From: Candidatus Cloacimonadales bacterium
GTDB taxonomy: Bacteria > Cloacimonadota > Cloacimonadia > Cloacimonadales > JAFGVF01
Direction of reading: 5' to 3'
NCBI GenBank assembly: GCA_963677815.1
Contig: OY782499.1
Span: 536,147 to 600,146 of the forward strand
Length of the DNA stretch: 64,000 nucleotides
Position numbers and translations under genes: made by a program. The notes beneath the pieces are model-generated. The model did no database searches, was not told where the DNA came from, and saw nothing but the letters and a program-made list of their open reading frames with translations. Below, one piece after another: positions 1 through 9,816 of the stretch. Position 1 is the stretch's first letter, and the number at the start of each line of letters is the position of its first letter.

Positions 1-507
1 CTTACTTTTATGAACAAACTCAATCGGATCTTCAATTGTAATTATGTGTTTTTGAGAGTGGTCATTTATAGAGTCAATCATAGTCGCTAGAGTAGTTGAT
101 TTACCAGAACCTGTAGGACCTGTAACTAAGATAAGACCTTTCTCTTTATATGTTAATGATTTTAGCGTTTCAGGTAAATAAAGTTCTTCGTATGTCTTAA
201 TTTCGTTAGGAATAACACGAAAAGCTGCAGCTAAACCATTAATTTGTGTAAAAGCATTAACACGAAAACGAACATCGTTTGAGAGTTTTGTTGAGAAGTC
301 AATTTCTAATTTCTCATGAAACATCTCTATTTGAGATTCATTCATAACGCTAAATATTAGGTTTTGAATCTCTTCTTCAGACATTTGAGGTATGTTCAAT
401 TTTTTCATTTTACCATGAACACGCACCATAGGGTATGAACCTGCAGAAATGTGCAAATCCGATGCCCCAGCATCTGAAGTGAATTTTAATAATTCTTGAA
501 TTGTCAT
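1..507 (-). CDS. pilT: Type IV pilus retraction ATPase PilT, N-terminal part (gene runs off the left window edge)
   Basis: Absent from the ORF track because it has no stop in the window. My minus-strand translation from the ATG at 507-505 reads [34 protein letters not shown]...[22 protein letters not shown]...[15 protein letters not shown]. Walker A is [16 protein letters not shown] Shine-Dalgarno (512-517) lies 4 nt upstream. Confidence 0.85.
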   Translation of the reverse strand, partial: MTIQELLKFTSDAGASDLHISAGSYPMVRVHGKMKKLNIPQMSEEEIQNLIFSVMNESQIEMFHEKLEIDFSTKLSNDVRFRVNAFTQINGLAAAFRVIPNEIKTYEELYLPETLKSLTYKEKGLILVTGPTGSGKSTTLATMIDSINDHSQKHIITIEDPIEFVHKSK

Positions 508-561
508 CCAGCCTCCCGAAATTTAAACTTATTTTAAAAACTAACTTAGTTTTAGTCTAAT

Positions 562-993
562 TTAGTTTTCTCCACCAGTTTCAACATCGGTAAAGGAATC
601 GATTCCCCAGCCAGTATAAGAGTTATCTTCAACGATAAATCTAACTTGTTTTCCTTCTCCTGATTCGAATTCTGAAGTAGAAGTACAAATATACTCTTGA
701 GGTGGGTTACCTACTACATCAAATTCCCATTGGTCTCTAACAGCTTGAGAAATACCAGAATCATCTAATGCATCTTCAATTTCGTAACCATCAGTTGTAC
801 CATTCATTGTGTAATAAGTGTCGTAAGCCTGTTTTACTGAACGCAAGTAAGCCTTAGGACCAGCAGCTTTACCTCTTTCTGTGTAACGAAGATAAATTGG
901 AACAGCAATAGATGCTAAAATAGTCATAATAATAATAACAGCTAAAAGTTCCACTAAACTGAATCCCTTGTCTTTTTTCATAAATCTGAACAT
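562..993 (-). CDS. Type IV pilin / pseudopilin with N-terminal prepilin methylation motif
   Basis: The leader MFRFMKKDKG|FSLVELLAVIIIMTILASIAVP has the class III signal (G/F cleavage, E+5, hydrophobic helix). GGAGG sits 6 nt upstream of the ATG at 993. The gene lies directly upstream of pilT on the same strand. Confidence 0.85.
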   Translation of the reverse strand: MFRFMKKDKGFSLVELLAVIIIMTILASIAVPIYLRYTERGKAAGPKAYLRSVKQAYDTYYTMNGTTDGYEIEDALDDSGISQAVRDQWEFDVVGNPPQEYICTSTSEFESGEGKQVRFIVEDNSYTGWGIDSFTDVETGGEN

Positions 994-1201
994 AATGTTC
1001 CTCCCAATTAAGTATTTTTTACTTTTTTTTAATTTTCACAGTTATTCATTGCACATAGCATGCCAAAAATTAACAAATTTTTACTTTTTTTATAAATCAA
1101 ATAAAACTCTTGACTCATTTAGCTTGCTCATCTTTTTCTGTAACCAAATGAAAAGTCTTACGTTTTTATTAAAATAAAGATAGATTTAAGGAGTCTAAAT
1201 A

Positions 1202-3238
1202 ATGAGAAAACTTTTACTTTTAGCAACGCTACTTGTGTCGCTTTCACTACTGCTAGTGGCATGTTCTGGAATTAAACAGAATGATGCAAACAATTCTCAA
1301 GATGAGGTTTATGTAAAATATGATGGAGGGAAAATTACCAAAGGAGATTTTACTAAAGTAGTAACATCTTTTCCTAGTGAACAACAAGAAGCTTTAAATA
1401 TGGCTGGGCAACAAGTTAAATTACTTAATTCAATGGCAAATGAAGAAGCTTTTTATGCTAAAGCTAAGCAATTAGGCTATGACAAAGAACCAGAAGTTAT
1501 TTCTCTGATACAGCAAAGACTAAAACCCTTTTATATTCAAGAATTTTATAATCAGAAAATAAGGGAAAAAGCTAGTGTCAATGACGCAGATATCAAAAAA
1601 TATTACGATGAAAATCCCGAATTTTTTACCCAAGAAGCTAAAGCAACAATAAGATATATCCAAGCTGCAGATATGGAATCAGCCCAAGATATTATAAATG
1701 ACCTTAAAGTTAAAGAGTTAAAATTTAACATTGTATCTAGTGTTAAATCAATCAACACTTATGCTAAAAATAATGATGGAATTATTAGAGAAATTGCTAA
1801 TAATGGCTATATTCAAGGTATTGGATATGATGCTCTACTCGACTCTTTAATCTTCTCACTTGATGTGAACCCAGATGAAATATATGGGCCATATCAATCA
1901 GAAACTGGTATTCATATTTTCTCGATCTTAAATAGAGAAAATGCCTTTGTTAAGCCATTTGATCAAGTTAAAGACCTTGCAGAATCTAGAGCATTAGCGG
2001 TAGCCCAGAAGAACATAAGTGACCAAATGATTGAGCAAACAAAAGATAAGTACGCTATTGAGATTGCTAATGAAATTCTTGCTAGTATTGATTTCGTTGA
2101 CACCAACAACAACAGTCCAGAACTTCTTGAAAAACAAGTGTTAACAAGTAAAATTGATCAATTTTCTTGGACAGTTAAAGACCTTATTGACAATTATAAT
2201 TCCATCAATAAAAATGAGAGAATGTTTATCTCTAAAAGCACCCCACAAGAAATTCTTGATCATCTACTAGCAAAAGAAGTCTATTATTTTATATTAAAAA
2301 AAGACAATTTCGACAAAGAACTTAATGAAACTGAGACATTTAGTAGAAACATTAGAAATATTATACTATCCTATACTTATCAAAAGCTTGTTGCTGACAA
2401 AGTTGTAGTCACTGACCAAGATATTCAAACTTACTACGACAATAATCTAGATGATTTCACAAAACCTGCTTATAGAAACATAGAATTACTGGTGTTCGAA
2501 AATATTGCTAATGCTGAAGATGCACGTATTAAATATATTTCTGCTGTTAATAAAGAAGACAATGAAGAAATTGCTAAAGTCATGAAAGATTATGCAAGTA
2601 ATGACTTTGATAAAAGATTGATTAACAACGTATATAGCAATGGTATTGTTCCTGGATATGGTAAAGATACCACCTTTAATACTGCTGTTTGGAATCTACC
2701 TGTAAACGAAGTAAGCGATATCTTAAATATCGGTAGAGATGATAATCCTGCTTTTTTCCGTGTAATTCATGAAGAAGCTATTCAATACAAACCACTTAAC
2801 CATGTTGAACCACAAATCGAAGGCAAGTTAAGACGCGAAAGATCAGCTCAATTGTTTGATTCTCTTTTAGAAGACTACAAAGATGAGTTCAATTTTGAAA
2901 TTTATGAAGAAAAGCTTAAACCAACTTTATCAGCACAACAACTTTTTGATTTAGCAGAAAGACAAGCAAAGGTTGGTAAGTATAACGATACTATTCTTTA
3001 TTATGATCAAATAATTGGTAACTTTGCTAACGGTCATGATGACTACAAAGCTATGTTTATGAAAGGTTTTACTCAATCTGAATATATGAACGATAAACAG
3101 GCAGCGATTGAAACATTTACTAAATTCTTAGCAACTTACCAGGAAGGTGAGTTAAATGCAGACGCTCAAGTTATGTTAGATATTCTAACCGGTAAAACTT
3201 CTATAGAAATAGATGATGAAATAGAACTAGAAGACTAG
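1202..3238 (+). CDS. Lipoprotein, SurA/PpiD-like peptidyl-prolyl isomerase family with TPR-like C-terminus
   Basis: A lipobox LLVAC|SG follows a signal peptide. The protein is long and SurA_N/PpiC-like, with a rotamase-like segment around GIHIFSILNRE. AAGGAG sits upstream of the ATG. The family call is by resemblance only. Confidence 0.6.
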   Translation: MRKLLLLATLLVSLSLLLVACSGIKQNDANNSQDEVYVKYDGGKITKGDFTKVVTSFPSEQQEALNMAGQQVKLLNSMANEEAFYAKAKQLGYDKEPEVISLIQQRLKPFYIQEFYNQKIREKASVNDADIKKYYDENPEFFTQEAKATIRYIQAADMESAQDIINDLKVKELKFNIVSSVKSINTYAKNNDGIIREIANNGYIQGIGYDALLDSLIFSLDVNPDEIYGPYQSETGIHIFSILNRENAFVKPFDQVKDLAESRALAVAQKNISDQMIEQTKDKYAIEIANEILASIDFVDTNNNSPELLEKQVLTSKIDQFSWTVKDLIDNYNSINKNERMFISKSTPQEILDHLLAKEVYYFILKKDNFDKELNETETFSRNIRNIILSYTYQKLVADKVVVTDQDIQTYYDNNLDDFTKPAYRNIELLVFENIANAEDARIKYISAVNKEDNEEIAKVMKDYASNDFDKRLINNVYSNGIVPGYGKDTTFNTAVWNLPVNEVSDILNIGRDDNPAFFRVIHEEAIQYKPLNHVEPQIEGKLRRERSAQLFDSLLEDYKDEFNFEIYEEKLKPTLSAQQLFDLAERQAKVGKYNDTILYYDQIIGNFANGHDDYKAMFMKGFTQSEYMNDKQAAIETFTKFLATYQEGELNADAQVMLDILTGKTSIEIDDEIELED

Positions 3239-3260
3239 TTTTCTCAGATATAAATTACTA

Positions 3261-3297
3261 ACAAGGATAAGTCATATGACTTGTCCTTGTTTTTTTT
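3261..3297 (+). terminator. Rho-independent terminator of the 1202-3238 gene
   Basis: A 13-bp stem acaaggataagtc/gacttgtccttgt (one G-U pair) with loop atat is followed by T7. Confidence 0.85.
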
Positions 3298-3375
3298 ATT
3301 TCTTCCTTATCACTCAATCTCGCATTATACTTGAACAAATTCAATAACTTAACTCTAATTTAACAGAGAATTTTC

Positions 3376-3403
3376 TTGACAGATTTACTATTTTAGATAT
3401 AAT
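3376..3403 (+). promoter_or_regulatory. Sigma70-type promoter for fusA
   Basis: TTGACA (3376-3381), a 16-nt spacer, then TATAAT (3398-3403), 30 nt upstream of the fusA ATG. Confidence 0.7.
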
Positions 3404-3433
3404 AATTTCTAAACTTTTTTAAAGGATAATCTC

Positions 3434-5527
3434 ATGGCAACTACAGAATTAGATAAAATTAGAAATATTGGTATTATGGCTCATATAGATGCGGGTAAAA
3501 CAACTACCACTGAAAGAATCCTCTTTTATACAGGAAACATTCATAGGATGGGAGAGGTTCACGATGGTAATACTACTATGGACTGGATGGAACAGGAAAA
3601 AGAAAGAGGTATTACAATTACTTCAGCAACAACAGTTTGCCATTGGAAACACAACCAAATCAATATAATTGACACACCTGGTCATGTTGATTTTACTGCT
3701 GAAGTTGAACGTTCGCTTAGAGTTCTAGATGGTGCTGTTGCTGTATTTTGTGCTGTTGGTGGTGTTGAACCTCAATCTGAAACAGTTTGGCATCAAGCAG
3801 ACAAATACAAAGTACCAAGAATTGCCTTTATCAACAAAATGGATAGAAGTGGTGCCGACTTCGAAAATGTTGTTGAAATGATTCAAGCGAGATTATCCGA
3901 TAAAGCTTTACCTATCCAATTACCAATAGGTAGTGAAGACAGTTTTGAAGGCATTATTGATTTAATCAATATGAAAGCCATATACTTTGATTCTTCTTCC
4001 TTAGGAGCTACTTTTGAAAGCAGGGAAATTCCAGAAGACCTACAAGCTGATGCAGAAATGCATCAAGAAGCTTTGATAGACTTTATTGCAGAGTTCGATG
4101 AAGCTCTTATGGAAAAATATTTAGAAGGACAAAGTTTGACTGCTTGTGAAATTATTTCACTTATTAGAAAAGCTGTTATTTCTAATAATTTCATTCCTGT
4201 TTTATGTGGTTCTTCTCTTAAGAACAAAGGAGTTCAACCCTTATTAGATGCCATAGTAGATTTCTTGCCCTCCCCTCTTGATGTTCCAGCTTTAATTGCA
4301 ACAACAGCTGACGGATTAAAAGAAGAGACTGTTTTACCTAAATTAAATTCTAAGTTTTCTGGTTATGCTTTTAAAGTAGTAACAGATAAATTTTCAGGAA
4401 AACTTGTCTATATCAGAGTTTATTCAGGTACTCTCAAAAAAGGTGACCAGTTCATCAATGTAAATAATGGAAAGAAGGAAAGAGCTGGTAGAATTCTCCA
4501 GATGTATTCAAATAGAAAGCAAGATGTTGATGAACTTCATGCAGGTGATATTGGTGCAGTATTAGGTACAAAATTTACTATGACAGGGGAAACTATCGCA
4601 GAAAAGAACTATAATATACTTCTAGCTAAAATGGATTTCCCGGATACAGTTATTTCAATTGCTATTGAAGCAAAATCTAAATCGGATGAAGCTTCACTAA
4701 AAGATGCTCTTATCAAATTCCAAGAAGAAGACCCAACAATCAAGGTTAGAGAAGATAAAGATACTGGACAAACCCTTATTTCAGGTATGGGTGAGCTTCA
4801 TCTAGAGATTATAGTTGATAGACTCTTTAGGGAATTTAATGTTAATGCTAATGTCGGCGACCCACAAGTTGCTTATAAAGAAACTATTATTGCCCCAAAT
4901 TCGGCTCATGAGTTATTTGATAGAATGCTTGGGGATAAGAGATGTTTTGCTGATGTGAAGATTAGAGTGTCTCCATTATCAGAAGAAGAAATCTCTTCAA
5001 AACAAAAAAATATTTATGAATATAAAGCAGATGAAAAACTTCCACTTAACTTCAGACATGCAATTGAAGAATCTGCAATTAATGCTCTTAATGATGGACC
5101 AATCTTTTCTGCAAATTTAGAGAGAGTTAGGGTTGAAATCTTAGAAGCAAGCACTCTTCCTGAAGAGTCCAATGATACTGGTTTTAGGATTGCTACTTCT
5201 ATGGCAGTATCTAGAGCTATCAGAGAAACTAAATCAGCTCTTCTAGAACCTATCATGCTGGTAACTGTAATAACTCCAGAAGAAAATGTGGGAGATATTA
5301 TAGCTGACATCAACAGTAAGAGAGGTAAGGTTGAAGAGATTAGAAGTCAGAACAATAATAAACAAGAAATCTTGGCTAAGGTTCCAATGAGAGAGCTTTT
5401 TGGTTATTCAACGACAATTAGATCTATTTCCTCAGGTAGAGCCATCTATACGATGGAATATGATAGTTATCAGATAGTACCAAATAATATTAAAGAAGAA
5501 ATTATTAAAAAGATTAGAGGATATTGA
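3434..5527 (+). CDS. fusA: Translation elongation factor G (stand-alone copy, not in an rpsL-rpsG-fusA-tuf context)
   Basis: G1 [10 protein letters not shown]3 DTPGH and G4 NKMD motifs are present. The 697-aa EF-G architecture is complete. Confidence 0.95.
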   Translation: MATTELDKIRNIGIMAHIDAGKTTTTERILFYTGNIHRMGEVHDGNTTMDWMEQEKERGITITSATTVCHWKHNQINIIDTPGHVDFTAEVERSLRVLDGAVAVFCAVGGVEPQSETVWHQADKYKVPRIAFINKMDRSGADFENVVEMIQARLSDKALPIQLPIGSEDSFEGIIDLINMKAIYFDSSSLGATFESREIPEDLQADAEMHQEALIDFIAEFDEALMEKYLEGQSLTACEIISLIRKAVISNNFIPVLCGSSLKNKGVQPLLDAIVDFLPSPLDVPALIATTADGLKEETVLPKLNSKFSGYAFKVVTDKFSGKLVYIRVYSGTLKKGDQFINVNNGKKERAGRILQMYSNRKQDVDELHAGDIGAVLGTKFTMTGETIAEKNYNILLAKMDFPDTVISIAIEAKSKSDEASLKDALIKFQEEDPTIKVREDKDTGQTLISGMGELHLEIIVDRLFREFNVNANVGDPQVAYKETIIAPNSAHELFDRMLGDKRCFADVKIRVSPLSEEEISSKQKNIYEYKADEKLPLNFRHAIEESAINALNDGPIFSANLERVRVEILEASTLPEESNDTGFRIATSMAVSRAIRETKSALLEPIMLVTVITPEENVGDIIADINSKRGKVEEIRSQNNNKQEILAKVPMRELFGYSTTIRSISSGRAIYTMEYDSYQIVPNNIKEEIIKKIRGY

Positions 5528-5568
5528 TACTAATAAGCAATTTGACTTTTTGCTCAAGTTTTGCAATA

Positions 5569-5733
5569 ATCCCGAATGGTACAGTAGAGCTTTAGAGAAG
5601 AGTGCAGATTCTTCTAGCAAAATAACTTACATAATTTAGACGCATATAACATATATATTCGGAGAAATTATGGAAGTTCCTTTTGCAGAATAATATAGTG
5701 CTATTCACAAAGGTCTACTGCATTATTTGGGAT
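5569..5733 (+). repeat. R1 repeat, copy 1 (short form, 165 nt): imperfect long palindrome / candidate structured RNA or MITE
   Basis: The ends atcccgaatggtacagtagag ... ctactgcattatttgggat pair. The right two-thirds aligns closely by eye with 39404-39503 and 48365-48459. It lacks the ~30-nt internal hairpin found in copies 2 and 3. Confidence 0.7.
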
Positions 5734-5740
5734 AATAAAA

Positions 5741-5770
5741 AGGAGTCTTATCAAGACTCCTTAATTTTTT
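5741..5770. terminator. Bidirectional terminator between fusA/R1 and gap
   Basis: The stem aggagtctt/aagactcct (9 bp, loop atc) is flanked by a T-run on the plus strand (taatttttt) and an A-run upstream, which reads as a T-run on the minus strand. Confidence 0.8.
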
Positions 5771-5791
5771 ATTTATCTTATTTCGATAGTT

Positions 5792-6793
5792 TTAAAAACT
5801 AACCATTTTCTTACCAAGTTCGGCTAATCTGTTAGAATAACCCCATTCATTATCATACCAAGTGATAATTTTAACAATACCATTTTGAACTGTTGTTAAT
5901 TCTGAATCGAAAACAGATGAAGCAGGATTACCCACAATATCACTAGATACTAATGGCAGTTCAGAGTATTCTAAAACACCTTTCATTTCATTTTCTGCTG
6001 CTTCTTTCATAAGAGCATTAATTTCGTCAGCAGTAGTTTCTTTTTCTAAAATTACTGATAAGTCCACCAAAGAACCGTCTGGAGTTGGTACTCTTACAGC
6101 CATACCATCTAAAACTCCTTTAAGAGATGGAATTACTAAACCAATAGCCTTAGCTGCACCAGTTGTAGTAGGAATCATGTTCACAGCAGCAGCTCTTGCT
6201 CTTCTTAAATCACTATGAGGTAAATCTAAGATTTTTTGATCATTAGTGTAAGAATGAATAGTAGTCATTAAGCCAGATTTAATAGTAAAATTATCATGTA
6301 ATACTTTAGCTACAGGAGCTAAACAGTTAGTTGTACATGATGCGTTAGATACTATTTTATGAGAATCTTTAAGTATCTCATCGTTTACACCTAAAACTAT
6401 AGTTGCATCAACATCACCTTTAGCAGGGACAGAAAGAGCAACTTTTTTTGCACCAGCATTAATATGCATTTGACATTGTTCTCTTTTTCTAAAGATACCT
6501 GTACATTCGAAAACTAAATCTACACCTAGTTCAGCCCAAGGAAGTGATTCAGGATTTCTTTCACTATATATGTGAATTTCTTTTCCATCAATTACTATTG
6601 AATTTTCTTTAGCTTGAACTTGACCTTGATATTGCTTATGAACAGAATCATATTTAAAAAGATGAGCTAAGGTTTTAGCATCTGTTAAGTCATTGATAGC
6701 AACAACTTCCATCACATCTGTATGTTTAGCTAAAATAGCTCTCATAACTAATCTTCCAATTCTTCCGAATCCGTTTATAGCGACTTTTTTCAT
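5792..6793 (-). CDS. gap: Glyceraldehyde-3-phosphate dehydrogenase, type I
   Basis: NGFGRIGR NAD-binding motif and the SNASCTTNCLAP active site are present. I moved the start to the ATG at 6793 (MKKVAINGFGRIGR), which has AAGGAG 8 nt upstream. The track start at 6847 adds an unsupported 18-aa extension that overlaps fba. Confidence 0.95.
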   Translation of the reverse strand: MKKVAINGFGRIGRLVMRAILAKHTDVMEVVAINDLTDAKTLAHLFKYDSVHKQYQGQVQAKENSIVIDGKEIHIYSERNPESLPWAELGVDLVFECTGIFRKREQCQMHINAGAKKVALSVPAKGDVDATIVLGVNDEILKDSHKIVSNASCTTNCLAPVAKVLHDNFTIKSGLMTTIHSYTNDQKILDLPHSDLRRARAAAVNMIPTTTGAAKAIGLVIPSLKGVLDGMAVRVPTPDGSLVDLSVILEKETTADEINALMKEAAENEMKGVLEYSELPLVSSDIVGNPASSVFDSELTTVQNGIVKIITWYDNEWGYSNRLAELGKKMVSF

Positions 6794-6815
6794 TGTAATA
6801 TTCTCCTTAGTATTC

Positions 6816-7790
6816 TTATAATAAAATTGACTTGTTGGCAGAGCCACTCATAGTAACAAGGTCCTCAACTGTTTTTTGTTGAGCTTTTTCCCCAAAAATA
6901 ATCCATTTACGAGGATCAAATCTTTTTTTATCTGGCATAAATTCTTCTGGGTCAACACCTGCAGGAGGGATAATGGCATCTGCATTTTGTCCCCAGAATT
7001 TAGCAACAGCTTCAGCAGCATCCATTTGGTAACAAGTATCTTTGTTTATTTTAACAACACCATTGGCAATAGCAGTTTGTTGTTGATAATCAGTAAGACC
7101 AGATGCACCATGAAGTACGATACCTCTTTCAAGATTGTTAGCAATAAGAAGATTGTCTATTTTTTTGATAAGATCTAAGTTTAATTTTACTTTTGAACCC
7201 TTAGTAACACCATGATTAGTTCCAACAGAAGCTGCAAAGAGGTCAACATTTGTCTTAGATACATATTCTAAAGCTTCTTCAGGAGATGTATAAAGTTCTG
7301 TTTCAGAGACTATTTCATCTTCAGTTCCTTTAATATAGCCAATTTCACCTTCAACTATAACCCCATACTTATGAGCTACAGCTACAACTTCTTTAGAAAT
7401 TCTTACATTTTCCTCGAATTTCTCGTGAGAAGCATCAATCATAACTGATGATACTAAACCGTTTTCAATACAGTAAATAACGAAATCCATGTAGTTTGGA
7501 GTTGCGTGGTCAATATGAAGACCAACACCTGCATTTTTGAATTGACTAGCAAAAGTTTTTACAGTGTTAGAAATTAAATGAGCACCTGTATAAATGTCCT
7601 GTGAATCTCCAGCAGCATACTTTACAGCACCTGAACTCATCTGTAATAATCCGTCAGAGTTATGTTTCATGTAACCTTGAATAATAGGTCTAACTGCGAA
7701 ATCGAAGACAACATTTGAGGCAATAATCCCAAATTTGTTTTTTTTAGCCTTTAAAAAGACTTCTTTCATTCTGCATCCATTGTAGAACAT
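6816..7790 (-). CDS. fba: Class II fructose-bisphosphate aldolase family protein
   Basis: Has HIDH, a LHGASG-type motif and a class II aldolase fold signature. AGGAGG sits upstream of the ATG at 7790. The gene is immediately upstream of gap. Confidence 0.85.
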   Translation of the reverse strand: MFYNGCRMKEVFLKAKKNKFGIIASNVVFDFAVRPIIQGYMKHNSDGLLQMSSGAVKYAAGDSQDIYTGAHLISNTVKTFASQFKNAGVGLHIDHATPNYMDFVIYCIENGLVSSVMIDASHEKFEENVRISKEVVAVAHKYGVIVEGEIGYIKGTEDEIVSETELYTSPEEALEYVSKTNVDLFAASVGTNHGVTKGSKVKLNLDLIKKIDNLLIANNLERGIVLHGASGLTDYQQQTAIANGVVKINKDTCYQMDAAEAVAKFWGQNADAIIPPAGVDPEEFMPDKKRFDPRKWIIFGEKAQQKTVEDLVTMSGSANKSILL

Positions 7791-7876
7791 ACGTCCTCCT
7801 GATGTGTTTTATTTTTTATTAACTCACTATTTAACTAAAATATAAACTGTCAAGTAAAATTAGCAGGCTTTCCCAG

Positions 7877-8116
7877 TTAAACTAAGTCTTTCTTTATAGC
7901 TAATGCTTTCTTTCTTATATCACACTTAAAGCAATGTATAAAGAATACTTTTTCAGGTGAATTACAGCCAGAGCAGTTAAAATCTTCTATTTTAAGAGGA
8001 TTTTCTGCACTTGAATATTTTTCAAACAATTTTTTCCTTAACTCATCATCATTGTTCTTCCATGCCTTATAAGTTGGACAAGTTGAACAATCAAATCCAC
8101 AATAACCTTTAAGCAT
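7877..8116 (-). CDS. Small Cys-rich protein, DUF3795-like
   Basis: Carries CGFDCSTCPTY...CSGC...HCFKCDIR cysteine patterns. It overlaps the upstream ORF by 8 nt, suggesting translational coupling. Confidence 0.55.
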   Translation of the reverse strand: MLKGYCGFDCSTCPTYKAWKNNDDELRKKLFEKYSSAENPLKIEDFNCSGCNSPEKVFFIHCFKCDIRKKALAIKKDLV

Positions 8117-8390
8117 TATCTTTGTTTTTAGCCTCTTTTAAAACTCTTTTTTGATTATCTAATTCTTGAATTAAAGTATTATTTTTCTTTTTTAACTCAC
8201 TAATCATTTTTCCCCTTTGTGCATTTACCCAGATAATACCGATATTCGTTACTAATAGTAAGATTATTGAGATGAACATTACTGCAATCTCAAGCCAACC
8301 AAGTCCTTTCGTTGAACGATAGATATTATAAAAGGCCAAGCCACTGAGCGAGGTTAAGACAAGGTTAATAATAGCTAATAGATATAACAT
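8109..8390 (-). CDS. Small membrane protein (2 predicted TM helices plus a charged coiled-coil tail)
   Basis: Contains hydrophobic segments LLAIINLVLTSLSGLAF and IAVMFISIILLLVTNIGIIWV followed by a KE-rich tail. Its start overlaps the fetB stop by 1 nt. Confidence 0.5.
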   Translation of the reverse strand: MLYLLAIINLVLTSLSGLAFYNIYRSTKGLGWLEIAVMFISIILLLVTNIGIIWVNAQRGKMISELKKKNNTLIQELDNQKRVLKEAKNKDNA

Positions 8391-9187
8391 TAATTTTCTC
8401 CTTTTATGAAGATATTTTTCTTCAATACATCAAATTTATTAAATGATACCTTCTTAAGGAATAATATAACTAAGAAGATAGAAAAAGCCATAGTCGAAAA
8501 GATAGCTATCATAATAGCAATCTGATATTTTATCGCAGTAAGAGGTACAGAGCCTCCAAGAATTTGTCCAGTCATCATACCTGGAAGTGAAACAAGTCCA
8601 ATTGTTGCGATTGATGCAAGAGTAGGTTTCAAAGCTCTTTTAATACTATCTCTAACGATTGGTTTTAGTGCTTCCTGTCTAGATGCCCCTAATGACAGAG
8701 TAAAAAAATACTCTTTCTCTCTACTCTTGAAAAAATCAAAGAATGTATTAGTAGCGATAATATTTCCTTTTAGTGAATTTCCTAATAACATACCGGAAAT
8801 CGGGATAAGATACTTAGCATTGAAAATATCTGCTATCTTAACAATGAAGTAATTAAAATATATAACGTTGACGAAAAGAGATATAGTTAGAGCTCCCAAT
8901 ATTGGAAAAATGAAAATTCTTTTGCATACACCATTTGAAGCAATAATGCTAAAGCTAGAGACAAAAATCATTACAAATAACCAGGCAATATTAATCCAGT
9001 AATTATTCCATTCAAAAATATATTTCAGATATATACCTACTAAGGCTAGTTGTATAGACATTCTAAATACACTTATAATTGTCTCTTTTACTAGCTTTAT
9101 TCTCATCACAACTAAAATAGTCAATGGCAATAGTAAAAGCAGATAAGCAAATAGCATTGAGGATAAGTTTAAATCTTTTGCACCCAT
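8390..9187 (-). CDS. fetB: ABC transporter permease, FetB/YbbM (UPF0014) family
   Basis: A multi-pass membrane protein immediately downstream of a YbbL-like ATPase. The track start at 9193 is a TTG. The ATG at 9187 overlaps the fetA TAA in a TAATG junction. Confidence 0.7.
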   Translation of the reverse strand: MGAKDLNLSSMLFAYLLLLLPLTILVVMRIKLVKETIISVFRMSIQLALVGIYLKYIFEWNNYWINIAWLFVMIFVSSFSIIASNGVCKRIFIFPILGALTISLFVNVIYFNYFIVKIADIFNAKYLIPISGMLLGNSLKGNIIATNTFFDFFKSREKEYFFTLSLGASRQEALKPIVRDSIKRALKPTLASIATIGLVSLPGMMTGQILGGSVPLTAIKYQIAIMIAIFSTMAFSIFLVILFLKKVSFNKFDVLKKNIFIKGEN

Positions 9188-9798
9188 TACCAACTCACTC
9201 TTCTAATCTTTGCCTTTTGCCAAACTTGGTCATGAGAGACAATTATTACTGTCTTATCCATTTTCAAAAAATAATCTAAGATAAAAGTCTTCAGCTCACT
9301 ATTTAAAGCAGAAGTTACTTCATCTAGAAGAAATATTTCCCTATCGAGAAGTTGCATTATTAAGATACCAATTCTTTGCTTCTCCCCTCCAGACAAGGAG
9401 GAAGTTGACTGAACTAGTGTATCTGGAGCTAACCTCAAATCATGTAACATTTTCTTAATCTTCAATTCATTATATACAATCTTAGAATTTGATTGATAAG
9501 CCAAAACCCCTTTTATAAAATCAATAACTTTCATTGGAGGAATTGAGATTTCTTGGGGTAAGTAAGCTATCTTCTGCCTTATTTCCCTAACACTTTGAGA
9601 AGTTAAAAGCATATTATCAATATAGATTTCCCCTGAATCAGGCTTGGTAAAACCCATAATTAGCTTTAAAAGTGTAGATTTCCCTTTACCTGAAGGAGCA
9701 TCTAATAAGACCTTTTCCCCTAGAGAGACATTAAGAGAAAAATCGGAAAATAGGTCTTTATTTGTAAAACTTAGACTTATATCTTTTAGCTTTATCAT
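9187..9798 (-). CDS. fetA: ABC transporter ATP-binding protein, FetA/YbbL family
   Basis: Walker A is PSGKGKST, the ABC signature is LSGGEKQR, and Walker B is IFLLDE. Confidence 0.8.
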   Translation of the reverse strand: MIKLKDISLSFTNKDLFSDFSLNVSLGEKVLLDAPSGKGKSTLLKLIMGFTKPDSGEIYIDNMLLTSQSVREIRQKIAYLPQEISIPPMKVIDFIKGVLAYQSNSKIVYNELKIKKMLHDLRLAPDTLVQSTSSLSGGEKQRIGILIMQLLDREIFLLDEVTSALNSELKTFILDYFLKMDKTVIIVSHDQVWQKAKIRRVSW

Positions 9799-9816
9799 AA
9801 CTAATTGCCTAGTATT

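Noticed and set aside
968-1177. 69-aa ORF between the pilin gene and the PPIase gene
   Set aside because: It is low-complexity F/L/K/N-rich sequence in a divergent promoter region, it overlaps the pilin start, and it has no RBS.
5014-5313. Antisense or nested ORFs inside well-supported genes (5014-5313, 5432-5620, 6876-7178, 13548-13778, 17924-18154, 22177-22380, 23181-23423, 25629-25826, 32550-32846, 34459-34782, 36139-36360, 37707-38042, 43818-44078, 44264-44572, 46129-46338, 50156-50380, 50387-50590, 50918-51112, 54195-54377, 57017-57292, 57376-57606, 59864-60176, 60541-60855, 61006-61188, 62880-63074, 63499-63696)
   Set aside because: Each lies within, or antisense to, a longer ORF with clear family motifs. 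All are short, lack an RBS and have no recognisable features.
5569-5733. Possibility that R1 is 6S RNA (long hairpin, ~165-220 nt) or another single-copy housekeeping RNA
   Set aside because: Three copies within 43 kb, with variable internal insertions, do not fit a single-copy housekeeping RNA.
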